Positions 32,487 through 54,051 of a DNA stretch of 64,000 bases are shown in pieces. The translations under genes and the position numbers were made by a program. Each line of letters begins with the position of its first letter. The stretch's first letter is position 1. A model generated the notes under the pieces. It saw only the letters and a list, made by a program, of their open reading frames with translations. It was not told the origin of the DNA and ran no database searches. This DNA comes from Anaeromyxobacteraceae bacterium (GTDB lineage: Bacteria > Myxococcota > Myxococcia > Myxococcales > Anaeromyxobacteraceae): NCBI GenBank assembly GCA_032654565.1, contig JAULAX010000017.1:160001-224000 (forward strand), given 5' to 3'.

Positions 32487-32514
32487 TTGACACGTCCCCA
32501 CGGGTGCTTAGGTT
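32487..32514 (+). promoter_or_regulatory. sigma70 promoter of dnaK
   Basis: TTGACA-N16-TAGGTT. Confidence 0.55.
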
Positions 32515-32541
32515 GCCGTCGACCAGGAGGGTCTCGGACAC

Positions 32542-34437
<1,896 letters not shown>

Positions 34438-34503
34438 CCGCCTCGTCAGCAGGTCCGCGGCCCGCGCTCGCTTTCGGCGGGCGCGGGCCGTACCATTTCA
34501 GCC

Positions 34504-35385
34504 GTGCGCCTCGTCATCCTCTCCCGGTCGGCCCGCATCCACAGCACCGCCCGGCTGGTGACGGCGGCCCGCGCCGCCGGCCACTCGGTGCGGGTGGTCG
34601 ATCCGCTGGCGGTGGAGCTGGGGCTGGGGGCGCCCGGCCCGTGGCTGCGCTGGCGGGGGGCGAAGTTCCCCCGCGCCGACGTGGTCGTCCCCCGCATCGG
34701 CGTCTCCATCCACCAGTACGGCGTCTCGGTGGTGAAGCAGCTGGAGCTGGCCGGGATCCCGGTGCTCAACGGCGCCGCCGCCATCGAGGCCAGCCGCCAC
34801 AAGATGCGCAGCCTGCAGCTGCTGGCGGCCGCCGGGCTGCCGGTGCCGCGCACGGTGATGGCCAGCGGCCCGCGCGGCCTGGCCGGCCTGGTGGAGCGGG
34901 TGGGCGGGGTGCCGGTCCTGCTCAAGGTGCTCACCGCCGACGGCAAGGGCGGGGTGATGGTCTGCGAGAGCCTGCAGTCGCTGGAGGCGGCCCTGGAGGC
35001 GGTCCACGGGCTGGGCAAGGACCTGGTGGTGCAGCAGTACCTGCGCGGCGGCAGGGGGCGGGACCTGCGGGCGCTGGTGGTGGGCGGCCGGGTGGTGGCG
35101 GCGCTGCGCCGGCGGGCCGCGGCCGGCCGCTTCGCGCGGACGCTGCGCCGGGGGGCCCGCTTCGACGCCGTGGCGCTGCCGGCCCGCCACGCCGCGGTGG
35201 CCGCCGAGGCGGCCCGGGTGCTCGACCTGCGCTTCTGTGCCGTGGACATGCTGGACGAGAAGGACGGGCCGCTGGTCTTCGAGGTCAACGCCTCCCCCTC
35301 GATCCGCGAGGCCGAGGCCGCCTGCGGGGTCGACGTGGCGGCGCTGGTGGTGGGCTGCGCCGAGGGGCTCACCCGGCCCGGGTGA
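34504..35385 (+). CDS. RimK-family ATP-grasp ligase
   Basis: MRLVILSR..STARL, VPRIG, DLRALVVG, FEVNASP. Confidence 0.85.
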   Translation: MRLVILSRSARIHSTARLVTAARAAGHSVRVVDPLAVELGLGAPGPWLRWRGAKFPRADVVVPRIGVSIHQYGVSVVKQLELAGIPVLNGAAAIEASRHKMRSLQLLAAAGLPVPRTVMASGPRGLAGLVERVGGVPVLLKVLTADGKGGVMVCESLQSLEAALEAVHGLGKDLVVQQYLRGGRGRDLRALVVGGRVVAALRRRAAAGRFARTLRRGARFDAVALPARHAAVAAEAARVLDLRFCAVDMLDEKDGPLVFEVNASPSIREAEAACGVDVAALVVGCAEGLTRPG

Positions 35386-35388
35386 AGC

Positions 35389-36982
35389 GGGCGCACGATC
35401 AGATTGAGCAGCGGTCTGTGTCCCTGGTGCCGTAGCGGGCGTACTCGAAATGGTCGCGGCCGCCGTGGTTCGCGCGGGGCCGGGTGGCCGTGGCGTGGTG
35501 GGCGCGGCGAATGGCGGCGTAGAAGCGGCGGGCGCCGCCGGTGCGGTAGGCGGCGCGCAGGCGGGCCATGCGGCGGGCGTTGTGGATGGCCCAGCGCTGG
35601 CCGGCCCGCTTCATGCGGGTCTGGAGCACGTGGCGGTGGGCGCTCTCGATGGCGCCGCTGCCGATGGGGAAGCCGTTGGCCCGGTACAGGGCGTACTTCA
35701 TCCGGTAGGCGTTGGTCCGGTAGTAGCCGATTAGGTTCTCGACCGCGTCGAGGGACTCCCGCTGGTTCCGCCTTGGGATGTACTCCAGGCAGTCCATCAA
35801 CTCGCTGATGACGGCCGGGATGTTGCCCGTCGACAGCAACGCCTCGGCACGGCACTGCCACAGCGGCAGCCAGGGACTCTCCTCGCCCAGCAACACGCGG
35901 CCGCACTCCACTGCGTGCTCCACGGCGTGGTGCCAGTCGAGGATCTGCACCGCATCCGGCGAGAGCTGCTCGGCCAGCGTCCAGTTGCAGGCCGCGCCGT
36001 CGCCCAGCCAGATCACCACGCCGGCCTCGTCGATCCGCTCGGCTTGGAGCAGCTCCTCCAGCACCGGCGAGAAGTTCCCGAGGCCGCCCACCACCGCGGC
36101 ATAGCGGGCCGTTCCCGGCATCGGCTCGTTCACGGCGACATCGTGCCGGTAGGTCACGCCCACCTTGGCCTCCTTCCACGCCTCGGCGCCGCGGATCGGC
36201 AGCATGCTGCCGTCCACTTCGATCACCAGAGCATTCGGGGCAGCGCCCTTGGGCTTCAGCTCCTCCTGCAGGTAGAGCTGGTCGGCCGCCTCGCACTGCG
36301 CGCCCACCCGCGTCACCACGCGGCGGAGCAGGTTCTCCGAGATCGGCTCGGCGTAGTGCAGGCTCCAGCGGGCCGCGCACTCGCCGTAGACGTCGTTCAC
36401 CGCGAAGTCGAGCACTCGCTTCTCAATCTCGCTGGTCAGCTCGCCCTCCTCGGGCAGGTCGAGCATGCGATCCACCGGGTAGAAGCCGTACTGGCACGTC
36501 TCGCAGTAGTGGTAGTTGCGCCTGAACGTCACCGGGCCGGCCAGGCTCCGCGCCGTCCGCTCGCGGTCACGGGCCTTCACCGCCACCCGCTTGCCGCACT
36601 TCGGGCAGGCCTTCGCCGTCGGCTTCTCCGGCTTCATCCGCGAGAGCATCAGCGCGATGGACGGCTCCCGGTCATCCCGGGTCGCCTTCTCCACCGAGAG
36701 CTCCATCTCGCTCATCGTCATCCCTTCGTGGAAGTGCTTGTCCGCATGCCGCCGGGCGAGCTCCTCGACGAGGTCCTTCTCCGAGAACTGCTTCAGTGCG
36801 CGCTTTCGGGCCATGCCCGAAAAAGATCATGCCCGGGCCAACCTGTCGATCTCCCGTACCGGGAGCGGGCAGCCCGCACCCCGGCCCCGATCACCCGGCC
36901 GGGCCAAGCCCGCAGACCGATGGGGCTTTCCCCGCGCCCCGGATCGGCCGCCAAAGAGATTCCTCAACTCGGGCGTGCGCCC
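35389..36982 (-). mobile_element. Insertion sequence, Mutator-like (ISKra4/ISLre2-type), 1594 bp
   Basis: Imperfect TIRs GGGCGCACGATCAGATTGAG and GGGCGCACGCCCGAGTTGAG (15/20); 9-bp direct repeat GGGTGAAGC at 35380-35388 and 36983-36991. Confidence 0.92.
35399..36814 (-). CDS. DDE transposase (UPF0236/ISKra4-like)
   Basis: EVDG, LGDGA, LDWHH (DxxH), IGSGAIES; N-terminal CPKC..CETC. Confidence 0.92.
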   Translation of the reverse strand: MARKRALKQFSEKDLVEELARRHADKHFHEGMTMSEMELSVEKATRDDREPSIALMLSRMKPEKPTAKACPKCGKRVAVKARDRERTARSLAGPVTFRRNYHYCETCQYGFYPVDRMLDLPEEGELTSEIEKRVLDFAVNDVYGECAARWSLHYAEPISENLLRRVVTRVGAQCEAADQLYLQEELKPKGAAPNALVIEVDGSMLPIRGAEAWKEAKVGVTYRHDVAVNEPMPGTARYAAVVGGLGNFSPVLEELLQAERIDEAGVVIWLGDGAACNWTLAEQLSPDAVQILDWHHAVEHAVECGRVLLGEESPWLPLWQCRAEALLSTGNIPAVISELMDCLEYIPRRNQRESLDAVENLIGYYRTNAYRMKYALYRANGFPIGSGAIESAHRHVLQTRMKRAGQRWAIHNARRMARLRAAYRTGGARRFYAAIRRAHHATATRPRANHGGRDHFEYARYGTRDTDRCSI

Positions 36983-37047
36983 GGGTGAAGCGTTGGTCAG
37001 CCCCGTCCGTCCCTGCTAAGGAGAGGCTTCCCAAGGAGGTCCACCGC

Positions 37048-37485
37048 ATGCGCACCGCCCTCGCCCTTGCCGCCGCCGTCGTCGCCCTCGCCGGGCTGGC
37101 CCCCTCTGCCGTCGCCGCGGCCGATCCCGCCGCCGACGTGGCCAAGAGCTACACGGTGCGGGCCGCCGCCGAGCCGGCCACGCTCAGGTCGGGGGGCGCC
37201 GGCACCATCACCCTGGCCATCGCGCCGACCGGCGCCGTCCACGTCGATCCCAAGGCGCCCATCAAGATCTCGCTGCAGGCCAGCCCGGGGCTGGCCCTCG
37301 CCAAGGCCCAGCTGGGGCGGGCCGAGGCGGTGCCGGCCGGAGCCGGCGTCACCTTCGCCGCCCCGTTCACCGCCACCGCCGCCGGAAAGCAGGAGGTGAA
37401 GGCGAAGCTCGACTTCTTCCTCTGCACCGACCAGTGGTGCGTCAAGCAGGTCCGCGAGCTCACCGTGGCGGTCGACGTCAAGTGA
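37048..37485 (+). CDS. Secreted protein, DsbD-N-like Ig fold
   Basis: AAGGAGG RBS, signal peptide, C-terminal FLCTDQWC (Cx4C). Confidence 0.65.
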   Translation: MRTALALAAAVVALAGLAPSAVAAADPAADVAKSYTVRAAAEPATLRSGGAGTITLAIAPTGAVHVDPKAPIKISLQASPGLALAKAQLGRAEAVPAGAGVTFAAPFTATAAGKQEVKAKLDFFLCTDQWCVKQVRELTVAVDVK

Positions 37486-38255
37486 GGAAGGGCGACGGCA
37501 GGAAGGCCGACGGACCGACCCGGCTCATCTACGGCGTCAACCCGGTGAAGGAGCTGCTGCGCGGCGGCGGCGAGGGGCTGGCCGAGCTCTGGCTGGCCGA
37601 AGGGGCCCGCTCACCGTCGGTGGCGGAGCTGGAGCGGGGGGCGCGCGAGGCCGGGGCCAGGGTCAAGCACGCCCCGCGCCAGACGCTCGACCGGCTGGCC
37701 GGGGTCGACCGGCACCAGGGGGTGGTGGCGGTCCTGGAAGGGGCCTACCGGTATGCCGAGGTGGCCGACCTGCTGGAGGCGGCCCGGGTCGCCGGAGAGT
37801 CCCCCTTGCTGGTCATCCTCGATGGGGTGGAGGACCCGCAGCACCTCGGCGCCATCATCCGCTCGGCGGTCGCCTTCGGCGCCCACGGGGTGGTCATCCC
37901 GCGGGACCGGGCCGTGGGGGTGACCGCTGCCGTGGTCAAGGCCTCGGCCGGGGTCATCGCCCGCTGCCAGGTGGCCCGCGTGGTCAACGTAGCCAGAACC
38001 ATTGAGGAATTGAAGGCGGTCGGGGTCTGGTCGGTCGCCCTGGCCGCCGATGGCGACAAGGAGCTGGGCCAGCTCGACCTGAAGGGGCCGACCGCCCTCG
38101 TCATGGGGAGCGAGGGGGAGGGGATTCGCCCCCTCGTTCGGAGGAACTGCGACCATGGTGGGCGCATCGGGATGGTGGGCCAGGTGGAGAGCCTGAGCGT
38201 CTCCGCGGCAGCCTCGGTGGCCCTCTACGAGGTGGCCCGCCAACGCCGGGGATAG
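37482..38255 (+). CDS. rlmB: 23S rRNA Gm2251 methyltransferase (TrmH/SpoU)
   Basis: IYGVNPV, HQGVVA, GSEGEG, ESLSVS. Confidence 0.92.
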   Translation: MRKGDGRKADGPTRLIYGVNPVKELLRGGGEGLAELWLAEGARSPSVAELERGAREAGARVKHAPRQTLDRLAGVDRHQGVVAVLEGAYRYAEVADLLEAARVAGESPLLVILDGVEDPQHLGAIIRSAVAFGAHGVVIPRDRAVGVTAAVVKASAGVIARCQVARVVNVARTIEELKAVGVWSVALAADGDKELGQLDLKGPTALVMGSEGEGIRPLVRRNCDHGGRIGMVGQVESLSVSAAASVALYEVARQRRG

Positions 38256-38284
38256 AGGGGTGATTCCGAGGTCACGCCGGTCGC

Positions 38285-38313
38285 TTGACAGCCGATCCCC
38301 CTTCGTCTAAAAG
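38285..38313 (+). promoter_or_regulatory. sigma70 promoter of tRNA-tuf operon
   Basis: TTGACA-N17-TAAAAG. Confidence 0.65.
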
Positions 38314-38392
38314 ACGCGGCTCCACTCGGGACGGGTGGAGCTTGTCGCACGGAGCACCGCAGGCGCGTTTTCGAAGACTTCCGAAGGGTTGG

Positions 38393-38468
38393 GCTGGCGT
38401 AGCTCAGTTGGCAGAGCAGCTGCCTTGTAAGCAGCAGGTCGCGGGTTCGACTCCCACCGCCAGCTCCA
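38393..38468 (+). tRNA. tRNA-Thr(TGT)
   Basis: Cloverleaf, CTTGTAA loop, CCA encoded. Confidence 0.96.
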
Positions 38469-38504
38469 GGTCGTGGGACGAGAGACGTCGAACGAGAAAT
38501 ATCC

Positions 38505-38590
38505 GGAGGGGTTCCCGAGCGGCCAAAGGGAGCAGACTGTAAATCTGCCGGTTCACGCCTTCGGTGGTTCAAATCCACCCCCCTCCACCA
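38505..38590 (+). tRNA. tRNA-Tyr(GTA)
   Basis: CTGTAAA loop, long variable arm, CCA encoded. Confidence 0.96.
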
Positions 38591-38655
38591 CACTTACCGT
38601 CACCATCGCAGCAACGGAGAATCAAGCCACGCTGGGCCGGAAGGGCAGCGAGTCT

Positions 38656-38732
<77 letters not shown>

Positions 38733-38758
38733 GTGAGGTCAAGGTCGTCGAAAGGTAA

Positions 38759-38834
<76 letters not shown>

Positions 38835-38892
38835 GCATCACGCAGCAGCGTCGCAGGTCACCGCATCGAAGCGCCGTCACCGGGAGCGCACC

Positions 38893-40083
<1,191 letters not shown>

Positions 40084-40113
40084 TTCACTCGCCGAACGGC
40101 GACGGGAGCAGTC

Positions 40114-40272
40114 ATGGCAGGCAGCCGAAGCATCATCTCGATGGAGTGCTCCAAGTGCAAGGAGCGCAACTACTCCACCACCAAGAACAAGAAGAAGACG
40201 CAAGACAAGCTCAACCTCTCCAAGTTCTGCCCGCGCTGTCGCAAGCACGAGCTGCACAAGGAGACGAAGTAG
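40114..40272 (+). CDS. rpmG: 50S ribosomal protein L33 (Zn-binding form; absent from the ORF track)
   Basis: [43 protein letters not shown]. Confidence 0.96.
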   Translation: MAGSRSIISMECSKCKERNYSTTKNKKKTQDKLNLSKFCPRCRKHELHKETK

Positions 40273-40287
40273 TCTCGCGAAGAAGTT

Positions 40288-40364
40288 AGGCGAGTAGCTC
40301 CAACGGCTAGAGCAGCGGTCTCCAAAACCGCGGGTTGTGGGTTCGAATCCCTCCTCGCCTGCCA
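40288..40364 (+). tRNA. tRNA-Trp(CCA)
   Basis: CTCCAAA loop, CCA encoded, canonical position before secE. Confidence 0.96.
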
Positions 40365-40426
40365 CCACACCTGGGGAGTCGGGGCCGCTGCGGCGGCCAC
40401 CTCACCCCGAGAAGGCCCGAAGCGCC

Positions 40427-40822
40427 ATGGACAATGCAAGCGGCGTAGAACAGCCCAAGCGGTACGTCGCGATCTTCTATGTCCTCGCGGCCATCGCCCT
40501 GGCGAAGTTCTTCGAGAAGATCAGCGCGCTGGTCTTCTCCTATGTTCGCTTCAACGACGCCACCATCCTGGTGGAGGGCTGGACGCTCTCGACCCTGATC
40601 GGCTTCGTGCTGGCGGCGGCGCTGGCGGTGGTGGTGTGGCGGGTCCCGAGGACCCAGGCGGTGTCGCTGGAGATCGCCCTGGAGCTGAAGCGGGTCACCT
40701 GGCCGAGCATGCGGGAGACGCGGGCCTCGACGGTGGCGGTGGTGGTGGCCAGCTTCATCGCCGCCATGGTGCTGGGGGTCTTCGACTTCATCTGGGGCCG
40801 GCTCAGCGCCCTGGTCTACTAG
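40427..40822 (+). CDS. secE: Preprotein translocase subunit SecE
   Basis: ELKRVTWPS motif, three TM helices. Confidence 0.93.
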   Translation: MDNASGVEQPKRYVAIFYVLAAIALAKFFEKISALVFSYVRFNDATILVEGWTLSTLIGFVLAAALAVVVWRVPRTQAVSLEIALELKRVTWPSMRETRASTVAVVVASFIAAMVLGVFDFIWGRLSALVY

Positions 40823-40907
40823 GGGCGGAGGGCGGTTCGGGGTCGTCGGGCGCAGGGGCAGGGCGTCAACCCGGGGTGGGCGGCGCGTCGACGGAACGGA
40901 GAGCGGC

Positions 40908-41447
40908 ATGGCGAAGAAGTGGTACGTGGTCCACACCTACTCGGGCTTCGAGAACAAGGTGAAGAAGTCCCTGGAGGAGCGCGTCAAGCAGGGCGCGCTC
41001 CAGGACTTCTTCGGCGAGGTCTTGATCCCCATGGAGGTGGTCCAGGAGATGGTCAAGGGGGAGAAGAAGACTTCCAAGCGGAAGTTCTTCCCCGGCTACA
41101 TCCTGGTCAACATGGAGATGACCGACACCACCTGGCACCTCGTCAAGGGGACGGCCAAGGTGACCGGCTTCGTCGGCTCCGCCAAGAACCCCAAGGACGT
41201 GCCCTCCATCACCGACGCCGAGGTCTCCCGCCTGACGGCGCAGATCTCCGAGGGATCGCTCAAGCCGAAGCCCAAGGTGCAGTTCGAGGAGGGCGACCAG
41301 GTCCGCGTCATCGACGGCCCCTTCTCCAACTTCAACGGCTCGGTCGAGGAAGTGAAGCCCGAGAAGGGCAAGGTCCGGGTGCTGGTCTCCATCTTCGGCC
41401 GGGCCACCCCGGTCGAGCTCGACTTCATGCAGGTGGAAAAGACCTAA
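40908..41447 (+). CDS. nusG: Transcription factor NusG
   Basis: [18 protein letters not shown] motif. Confidence 0.98.
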   Translation: MAKKWYVVHTYSGFENKVKKSLEERVKQGALQDFFGEVLIPMEVVQEMVKGEKKTSKRKFFPGYILVNMEMTDTTWHLVKGTAKVTGFVGSAKNPKDVPSITDAEVSRLTAQISEGSLKPKPKVQFEEGDQVRVIDGPFSNFNGSVEEVKPEKGKVRVLVSIFGRATPVELDFMQVEKT

Positions 41448-41582
41448 TCGCGCGGCCTTCAGGCCGCGCAACCCCGCGACGCAGCGGGTGATGTCGAAGT
41501 CGCAGTTCACAGCGCGTGGAAGGGCGACCCGCCCGATAGACCACGCAGGGCCATTCGCACCGGCCCGGAAGGAAGGCACGAC

Positions 41583-42029
41583 GTGAAGAAGATCACAGGT
41601 CAGATCAAGCTGCAGCTCCCGGCCGGCAAGGCCAACCCGGCGCCGCCGGTCGGCCCGGCGCTCGGCCAGCACGGCGTCAACATCATGGAGTTCTGCAAGC
41701 AGTTCAACGCCGCCACCCAGCCGCAGGCCAAGGAAGGCCTGATCATCCCGGTGATCATCACCGTGTACGCGGACCGCTCCTTCACCTTCCTGCTCAAGAC
41801 GCCGCCGGCGGCGGTGCTGCTCAAGAAGGCGGCCGGCCTGCACACCGAGAAGAAGAAGGGCTCGGGCGCGCACAAGCCCGGCAAGGAGAAGGTCGGCCAG
41901 GTGACCAAGAAGAAGGTCGAGGAGATCGCCAAGCTGAAGATGCAGGACATGACGGCGGGCAGCCTCGAGGCCGCGATGCGGACCATCGAAGGCACCGCGC
42001 GCTCCATGGGCATCGACATCGTCGGCTAA
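41583..42029 (+). CDS. rplK: 50S ribosomal protein L11
   Basis: [12 protein letters not shown]. Confidence 0.98.
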   Translation: MKKITGQIKLQLPAGKANPAPPVGPALGQHGVNIMEFCKQFNAATQPQAKEGLIIPVIITVYADRSFTFLLKTPPAAVLLKKAAGLHTEKKKGSGAHKPGKEKVGQVTKKKVEEIAKLKMQDMTAGSLEAAMRTIEGTARSMGIDIVG

Positions 42030-42055
42030 CGCCGCCTTCAGCGAGGAACGACCAC

Positions 42056-42760
42056 ATGGCTCACATTGCGAAGAAGTACAAGGCCGCGGCCACCAAGGTG
42101 GACCGCAACAAGCGCTACAAGCTCGACGACGCCCTCAAGCTGGTGAAGGAGACGGCCACCAAGAAGTTCGACGAGACCGTCGACGCCGCCATCAACCTCG
42201 GGGTCGACCCCAAGCACGCCGACCAGGTGGTGCGCGGCGCCGTGGTGCTGCCGCACGGCATGGGCAAGGCGGTCCGCCTGGCGGTCTTCGCCAAGGGTGA
42301 CAAGGCCAAGGAGGCCACCGACGCCGGGGCCGACATCGTCGGCGCCGAGGACCTGGCCGAGAAGATCCAGGGCGGCTTCATGGACTTCGACAAGGTGCTG
42401 GCCACCCCGGACATGATGGGCGTGGTCGGCCGGCTCGGCAAGGTGCTCGGCCCGCGCGGCCTCATGCCCAACCCGAAGATCGGCACCGTCTCCGCCGACA
42501 TCGCCCGCGCCGTCAAGGAGCAGAAGGCCGGCAAGGTGGAGTTCCGGGTCGAGAAGGCCGGCATCGTCCACGTGCCGTTCGGCAAGGCCTCCTTCGACGC
42601 CGAGAAGCTCAAGGCCAACTTCCAGGCCATCATGGAGCTGGTCTTCAAGGCCAAGCCCCAGACCGCCAAGGGCGTCTACCTGAAGAACGTCACCGTCTCC
42701 TGCACCATGGGCCCGGGCATCAAGCTGGACACCTCCGAGCTCTCGGCGCACCACGCCTAG
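42056..42760 (+). CDS. rplA: 50S ribosomal protein L1
   Basis: [22 protein letters not shown]. Confidence 0.98.
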   Translation: MAHIAKKYKAAATKVDRNKRYKLDDALKLVKETATKKFDETVDAAINLGVDPKHADQVVRGAVVLPHGMGKAVRLAVFAKGDKAKEATDAGADIVGAEDLAEKIQGGFMDFDKVLATPDMMGVVGRLGKVLGPRGLMPNPKIGTVSADIARAVKEQKAGKVEFRVEKAGIVHVPFGKASFDAEKLKANFQAIMELVFKAKPQTAKGVYLKNVTVSCTMGPGIKLDTSELSAHHA

Positions 42761-42831
42761 TCACGCGCTCCACCCGCCGGCATGTCGCCGGGCGGGAACG
42801 ATGTGCCCGGCGGCATGACGCCGCCGGGGAT

Positions 42832-42931
42832 TCTGGTCCAAGACAGCGGGCCCGCCCGACCCCGAGTGCGAGTGGTCCAAGGGGGAGGGAGGCCAAGCGG
42901 AGCCGAGAGGCCCCGACCCGCCGAGACGGAA
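42832..42931 (+). promoter_or_regulatory. L10 leader (rplJ autoregulatory RNA), approximate bounds
   Basis: CCAAGACAGCGGG ... CCCGCCGAGACGG paired kink-turn-like arms in the rplA-rplJ spacer. Confidence 0.65.
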
Positions 42932-43056
42932 CCTGCATTGTCGTACGCAGCGTCCCCTGCTTGGCCAGGGGGTTTTGGTACCGGCCTTCGGCCGTCCCAA
43001 GCCCACGAACGAAGCCGCCGGCCCACAGCCGGCGGCATGGAAGGTGGTGAGTACAT

Positions 43057-43581
43057 TTGAACCGGACGGAAAAAGAAGAGGTCATCGCGGAGCTGCACGC
43101 CAAGATGGCCAAGGCCCGGACCGCCATCGTGGCGGAGCCCAGGGGTCTCGACGTGGAGACGGTCACCTCGCTGCGCAAGAAGCTGCGCGACGCCAAGGTG
43201 GAGTACCGCGTCGTGAAGAACACCCTCGCCGCGCGTGCTGCCAAGGGCACGCCGGTGGAGGCCATCGCCGACAAGTTCGTGGGGCCGACCGCGCTCGTCA
43301 TGTCGTACGACGACGTGGTGGCTCCCGCGAAGCTGCTCACGGAGTTCATGAAGGACCGTGAGAACTTCGCGATTCGCGGGGGCGTGGTGGAGGGGACGCT
43401 GATCGACGCCAAGGGCGTCGCGGCGCTCGCCAAGCTGCCAAGCCTCAACGAGCTGCGCGCGCAGATCCTGGGGATGCTGACCCAGCCTGCCACCAAGCTC
43501 GCGCGGATCATCGGCACCCCGGCCCAGCAGCTCGCCCGCGTGCTCGGTGCGCGGACGACCCAGCTGGAGAAGCAGTCCTAA
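43057..43581 (+). CDS. rplJ: 50S ribosomal protein L10
   Basis: VVKNTL, LAKLPS; TTG start. Confidence 0.96.
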   Translation: MNRTEKEEVIAELHAKMAKARTAIVAEPRGLDVETVTSLRKKLRDAKVEYRVVKNTLAARAAKGTPVEAIADKFVGPTALVMSYDDVVAPAKLLTEFMKDRENFAIRGGVVEGTLIDAKGVAALAKLPSLNELRAQILGMLTQPATKLARIIGTPAQQLARVLGARTTQLEKQS

Positions 43582-43677
43582 ACGGTACCTGAACCCGGGG
43601 TGCGCGAAGCGCGCCCCACTGAACGCTGCGGGGCTGGCCCGGAAGGCCTTCCCCGCCGAAGAAAAGGAAGAGGAATC

Positions 43678-44055
43678 ATGGCCGACTTGAATGCCATCGT
43701 GGAGCAGCTGTCCGGTCTCACCGTCATCCAGGCTGCCGAGCTGGTGAAGCAGCTCGAGCAGAAGTGGGGCGTCTCCGCCGCGGCCGCCGTGGCCGTGGCT
43801 GCTGGTCCGGCCGCTGCCGGCCCGGCCGCCGCCGCCGAGGAGAAGACCGAGTTCTCGGTCGTCCTCACCGACGCCGGCGCCAACAAGATCAACGTCATCA
43901 AGGAGGTCCGCGTGGTCACGGGCCTGGGCCTGAAGGAGGCCAAGGACCTGGTCGAGGCCGCCCCCAAGGAAGTCAAGGGTGGCGTCCCCAAGGCGGAGGC
44001 CGACGAGATCAAGAAGAAGCTCGAGGCCGCCGGCGCCAAGGTCGAGATCAAGTAG
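43678..44055 (+). CDS. rplL: 50S ribosomal protein L7/L12
   Basis: [18 protein letters not shown]. Confidence 0.98.
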   Translation: MADLNAIVEQLSGLTVIQAAELVKQLEQKWGVSAAAAVAVAAGPAAAGPAAAAEEKTEFSVVLTDAGANKINVIKEVRVVTGLGLKEAKDLVEAAPKEVKGGVPKAEADEIKKKLEAAGAKVEIK

Positions 44056-44069
44056 CGACGAAGTCTGGA

Positions 44070-44149
44070 GGCACGGGATGGATCGCGAGGTCCGTCCCGT
44101 GCCGCCACTCTCCTGGTTTTTTGACGCAGGGGTCAGGGCCCGTTAAGAC
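44070..44149 (+). promoter_or_regulatory. Hairpin (possible attenuator) and internal rpoB promoter
   Basis: Stem-loop 44070-44103; TTGACG-N17-TAAGAC at 44121-44149. Confidence 0.5.
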
Positions 44150-44271
44150 CTGCCCCCCTGTCCAGTGAGCCAAGAGAGCGCGGCCTGACGGCCGGATGAA
44201 GTGGGGAGCCGGCCGCGAGGCTGGCTAGACGCTTTTCAGCAGCCTGATTCAGCGAAAGAGGTCCGTTCTCG

Positions 44272-48522
<4,251 letters not shown>

Positions 48523-48561
48523 TCAGCGTTCCAACGGAATCCGAGAAGCCCGGGAGTCGAC

Positions 48562-52752
<4,191 letters not shown>

Positions 52753-52790
52753 CCGGCCCGATCCGGGCGCCTCGTCGCCCCTGCTTGACC

Positions 52791-52831
52791 GAGAGATCCA
52801 GTCCCTGATGGGGCTGGATCTCTCTTTTTTT
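52791..52831 (+). terminator. Intrinsic terminator after rpoC
   Basis: GAGAGATCCAGTCCC-tgat-GGGGCTGGATCTCTC followed by T7. Confidence 0.92.
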
Positions 52832-53067
52832 CATTACTCTGGGACGGGTGGGGGCGTCTCAACCTCTTGATTTGCCTCAAGCCTTGGACCGAGACCGAGT
52901 CCCGGTAGGTTGGACCGAGACTTGACGGCCGTCAAATCGCTGGACCAATTCGGTTCAGTTATGGCAAACGGGGATTGCCAACGGGCCAGCGATGAGCAGG
53001 TTCGAGGGACTCAGGAGGTCGGTAGGGGTGTTGAAGGATCGACCGAGAGGAAGTCGCAGTAGGCTAG

Positions 53068-53096
53068 TTGACTAAAACAGTCCAGATTGTTAGCTT
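53068..53096 (+). promoter_or_regulatory. sigma70 promoter of the sigma-factor gene
   Basis: TTGACT-N17-TAGCTT. Confidence 0.65.
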
Positions 53097-53167
53097 GCAT
53101 CCGCTGAGCAGCCAGCACCGCACCCAGACCTGAAACCGGACCACAGCTCGGAAGAAAGGTGTACTCG

Positions 53168-53893
53168 ATGAGGACGGGATCGACGCAGCGCGGCAGCAGG
53201 GAGTTCGATGAGCTGGCCCCCTACCTGAAGGCGGTGCGCGACTTCCCGCCGCTCACCCGCGAGGAGGAGCACAAGGCGGCGGTGCGGGCCCGCAAGGGTG
53301 ACGTGGCCGCCAAGCAGAAGCTGGTCCGGCACAACCTGGCCTTCGTGGTGGCCATCTCCCGCAAGCAGCGGCGCGGCACCGTCCGGCTCGACGACCTGAT
53401 CCAGGAGGGGAACGTGGGGCTGATGCGCGCGGTCGAGAAGTTCGACCCCGGCGCCGGGACCCGCTTCTCCACCTACGCGGTCTGGTGGATCCGCGCCTAC
53501 GTCGGCAAGTACCTCAAGGAGGCGCGCAGCACCGTCCGGCCGCAGAGCGGCACCGTGGCCCAGCCGGACATGTCGCTCGACAGCGCCGTCGACGAGGACG
53601 GCGAGACCACCCACCTGGAGCGGATCGAGGACGACGGCCCGGGGCCGGAGGACCTCTACCTGCAGACCGAGGGGGACCGCGACGTGCGGGAGGCCCTCGG
53701 CAAGGTCCGCAAGCGCATCGGCGAGCTGGGCTGGGACATCGTCCACAACCGGCTGGAGCAGGACCAGCCCCGCACCCTGGAGGAGATCGGCAAGCGCTGG
53801 GGGGTTTCGCGCGAGCGGGTCCGCCAGGTGGAGCTGAAGACCAAGCAGTTCCTGGAGCGGTACCTGACCGACGAGGAGCGCGACGCCGCCTAG
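53168..53893 (+). CDS. Alternative sigma70-family factor (RpoH/RpoS-like, short region 3)
   Basis: Region 1.2 YLKAV..LTREEE, DLIQEGNVGL, FSTYAVWWIR, TLEEIG..VSRERVRQ. Confidence 0.93.
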   Translation: MRTGSTQRGSREFDELAPYLKAVRDFPPLTREEEHKAAVRARKGDVAAKQKLVRHNLAFVVAISRKQRRGTVRLDDLIQEGNVGLMRAVEKFDPGAGTRFSTYAVWWIRAYVGKYLKEARSTVRPQSGTVAQPDMSLDSAVDEDGETTHLERIEDDGPGPEDLYLQTEGDRDVREALGKVRKRIGELGWDIVHNRLEQDQPRTLEEIGKRWGVSRERVRQVELKTKQFLERYLTDEERDAA

Positions 53894-53964
53894 CGCCCGC
53901 CCGACCGCTGCATCGCCTCATCCCGCGCCCGCCCCGGACACCTCCGGAGCGGGCGCGGTCGCGT

Positions 53965-53980
53965 CGGCACCGACCGTGCA
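53965..53980 (+). promoter_or_regulatory. Putative sigma54 promoter of the fliH-like operon
   Basis: CGGCACCGACCGTGCA, GG-N10-GC. Confidence 0.5.
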
Positions 53981-54051
53981 CCAGCCAGCTCCATCGCCGC
54001 CTCGCGGGCCTGCCGGTCCGCGTCCAGGGCGAAGAACACGGGAGGCAGGGC

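Noticed and set aside
32478..32510. CIRCE element or sigma54 promoter upstream of dnaK
   Set aside because: CIRCE-like half-sites are 6 nt rather than 9 nt apart and mismatched; TGGCAC is followed by AC instead of GC at -12
52962..52978. sigma54 promoter TGGCAAACGGGGATTGC
   Set aside because: GG-GC spacing is 12, not 10; treated as an inverted repeat instead
52753..53167. Absence of rpsL-rpsG-fusA after rpoC as an anomaly
   Set aside because: A break between rpoBC and the str operon occurs in many bacteria, and a strong terminator closes the operon cleanly
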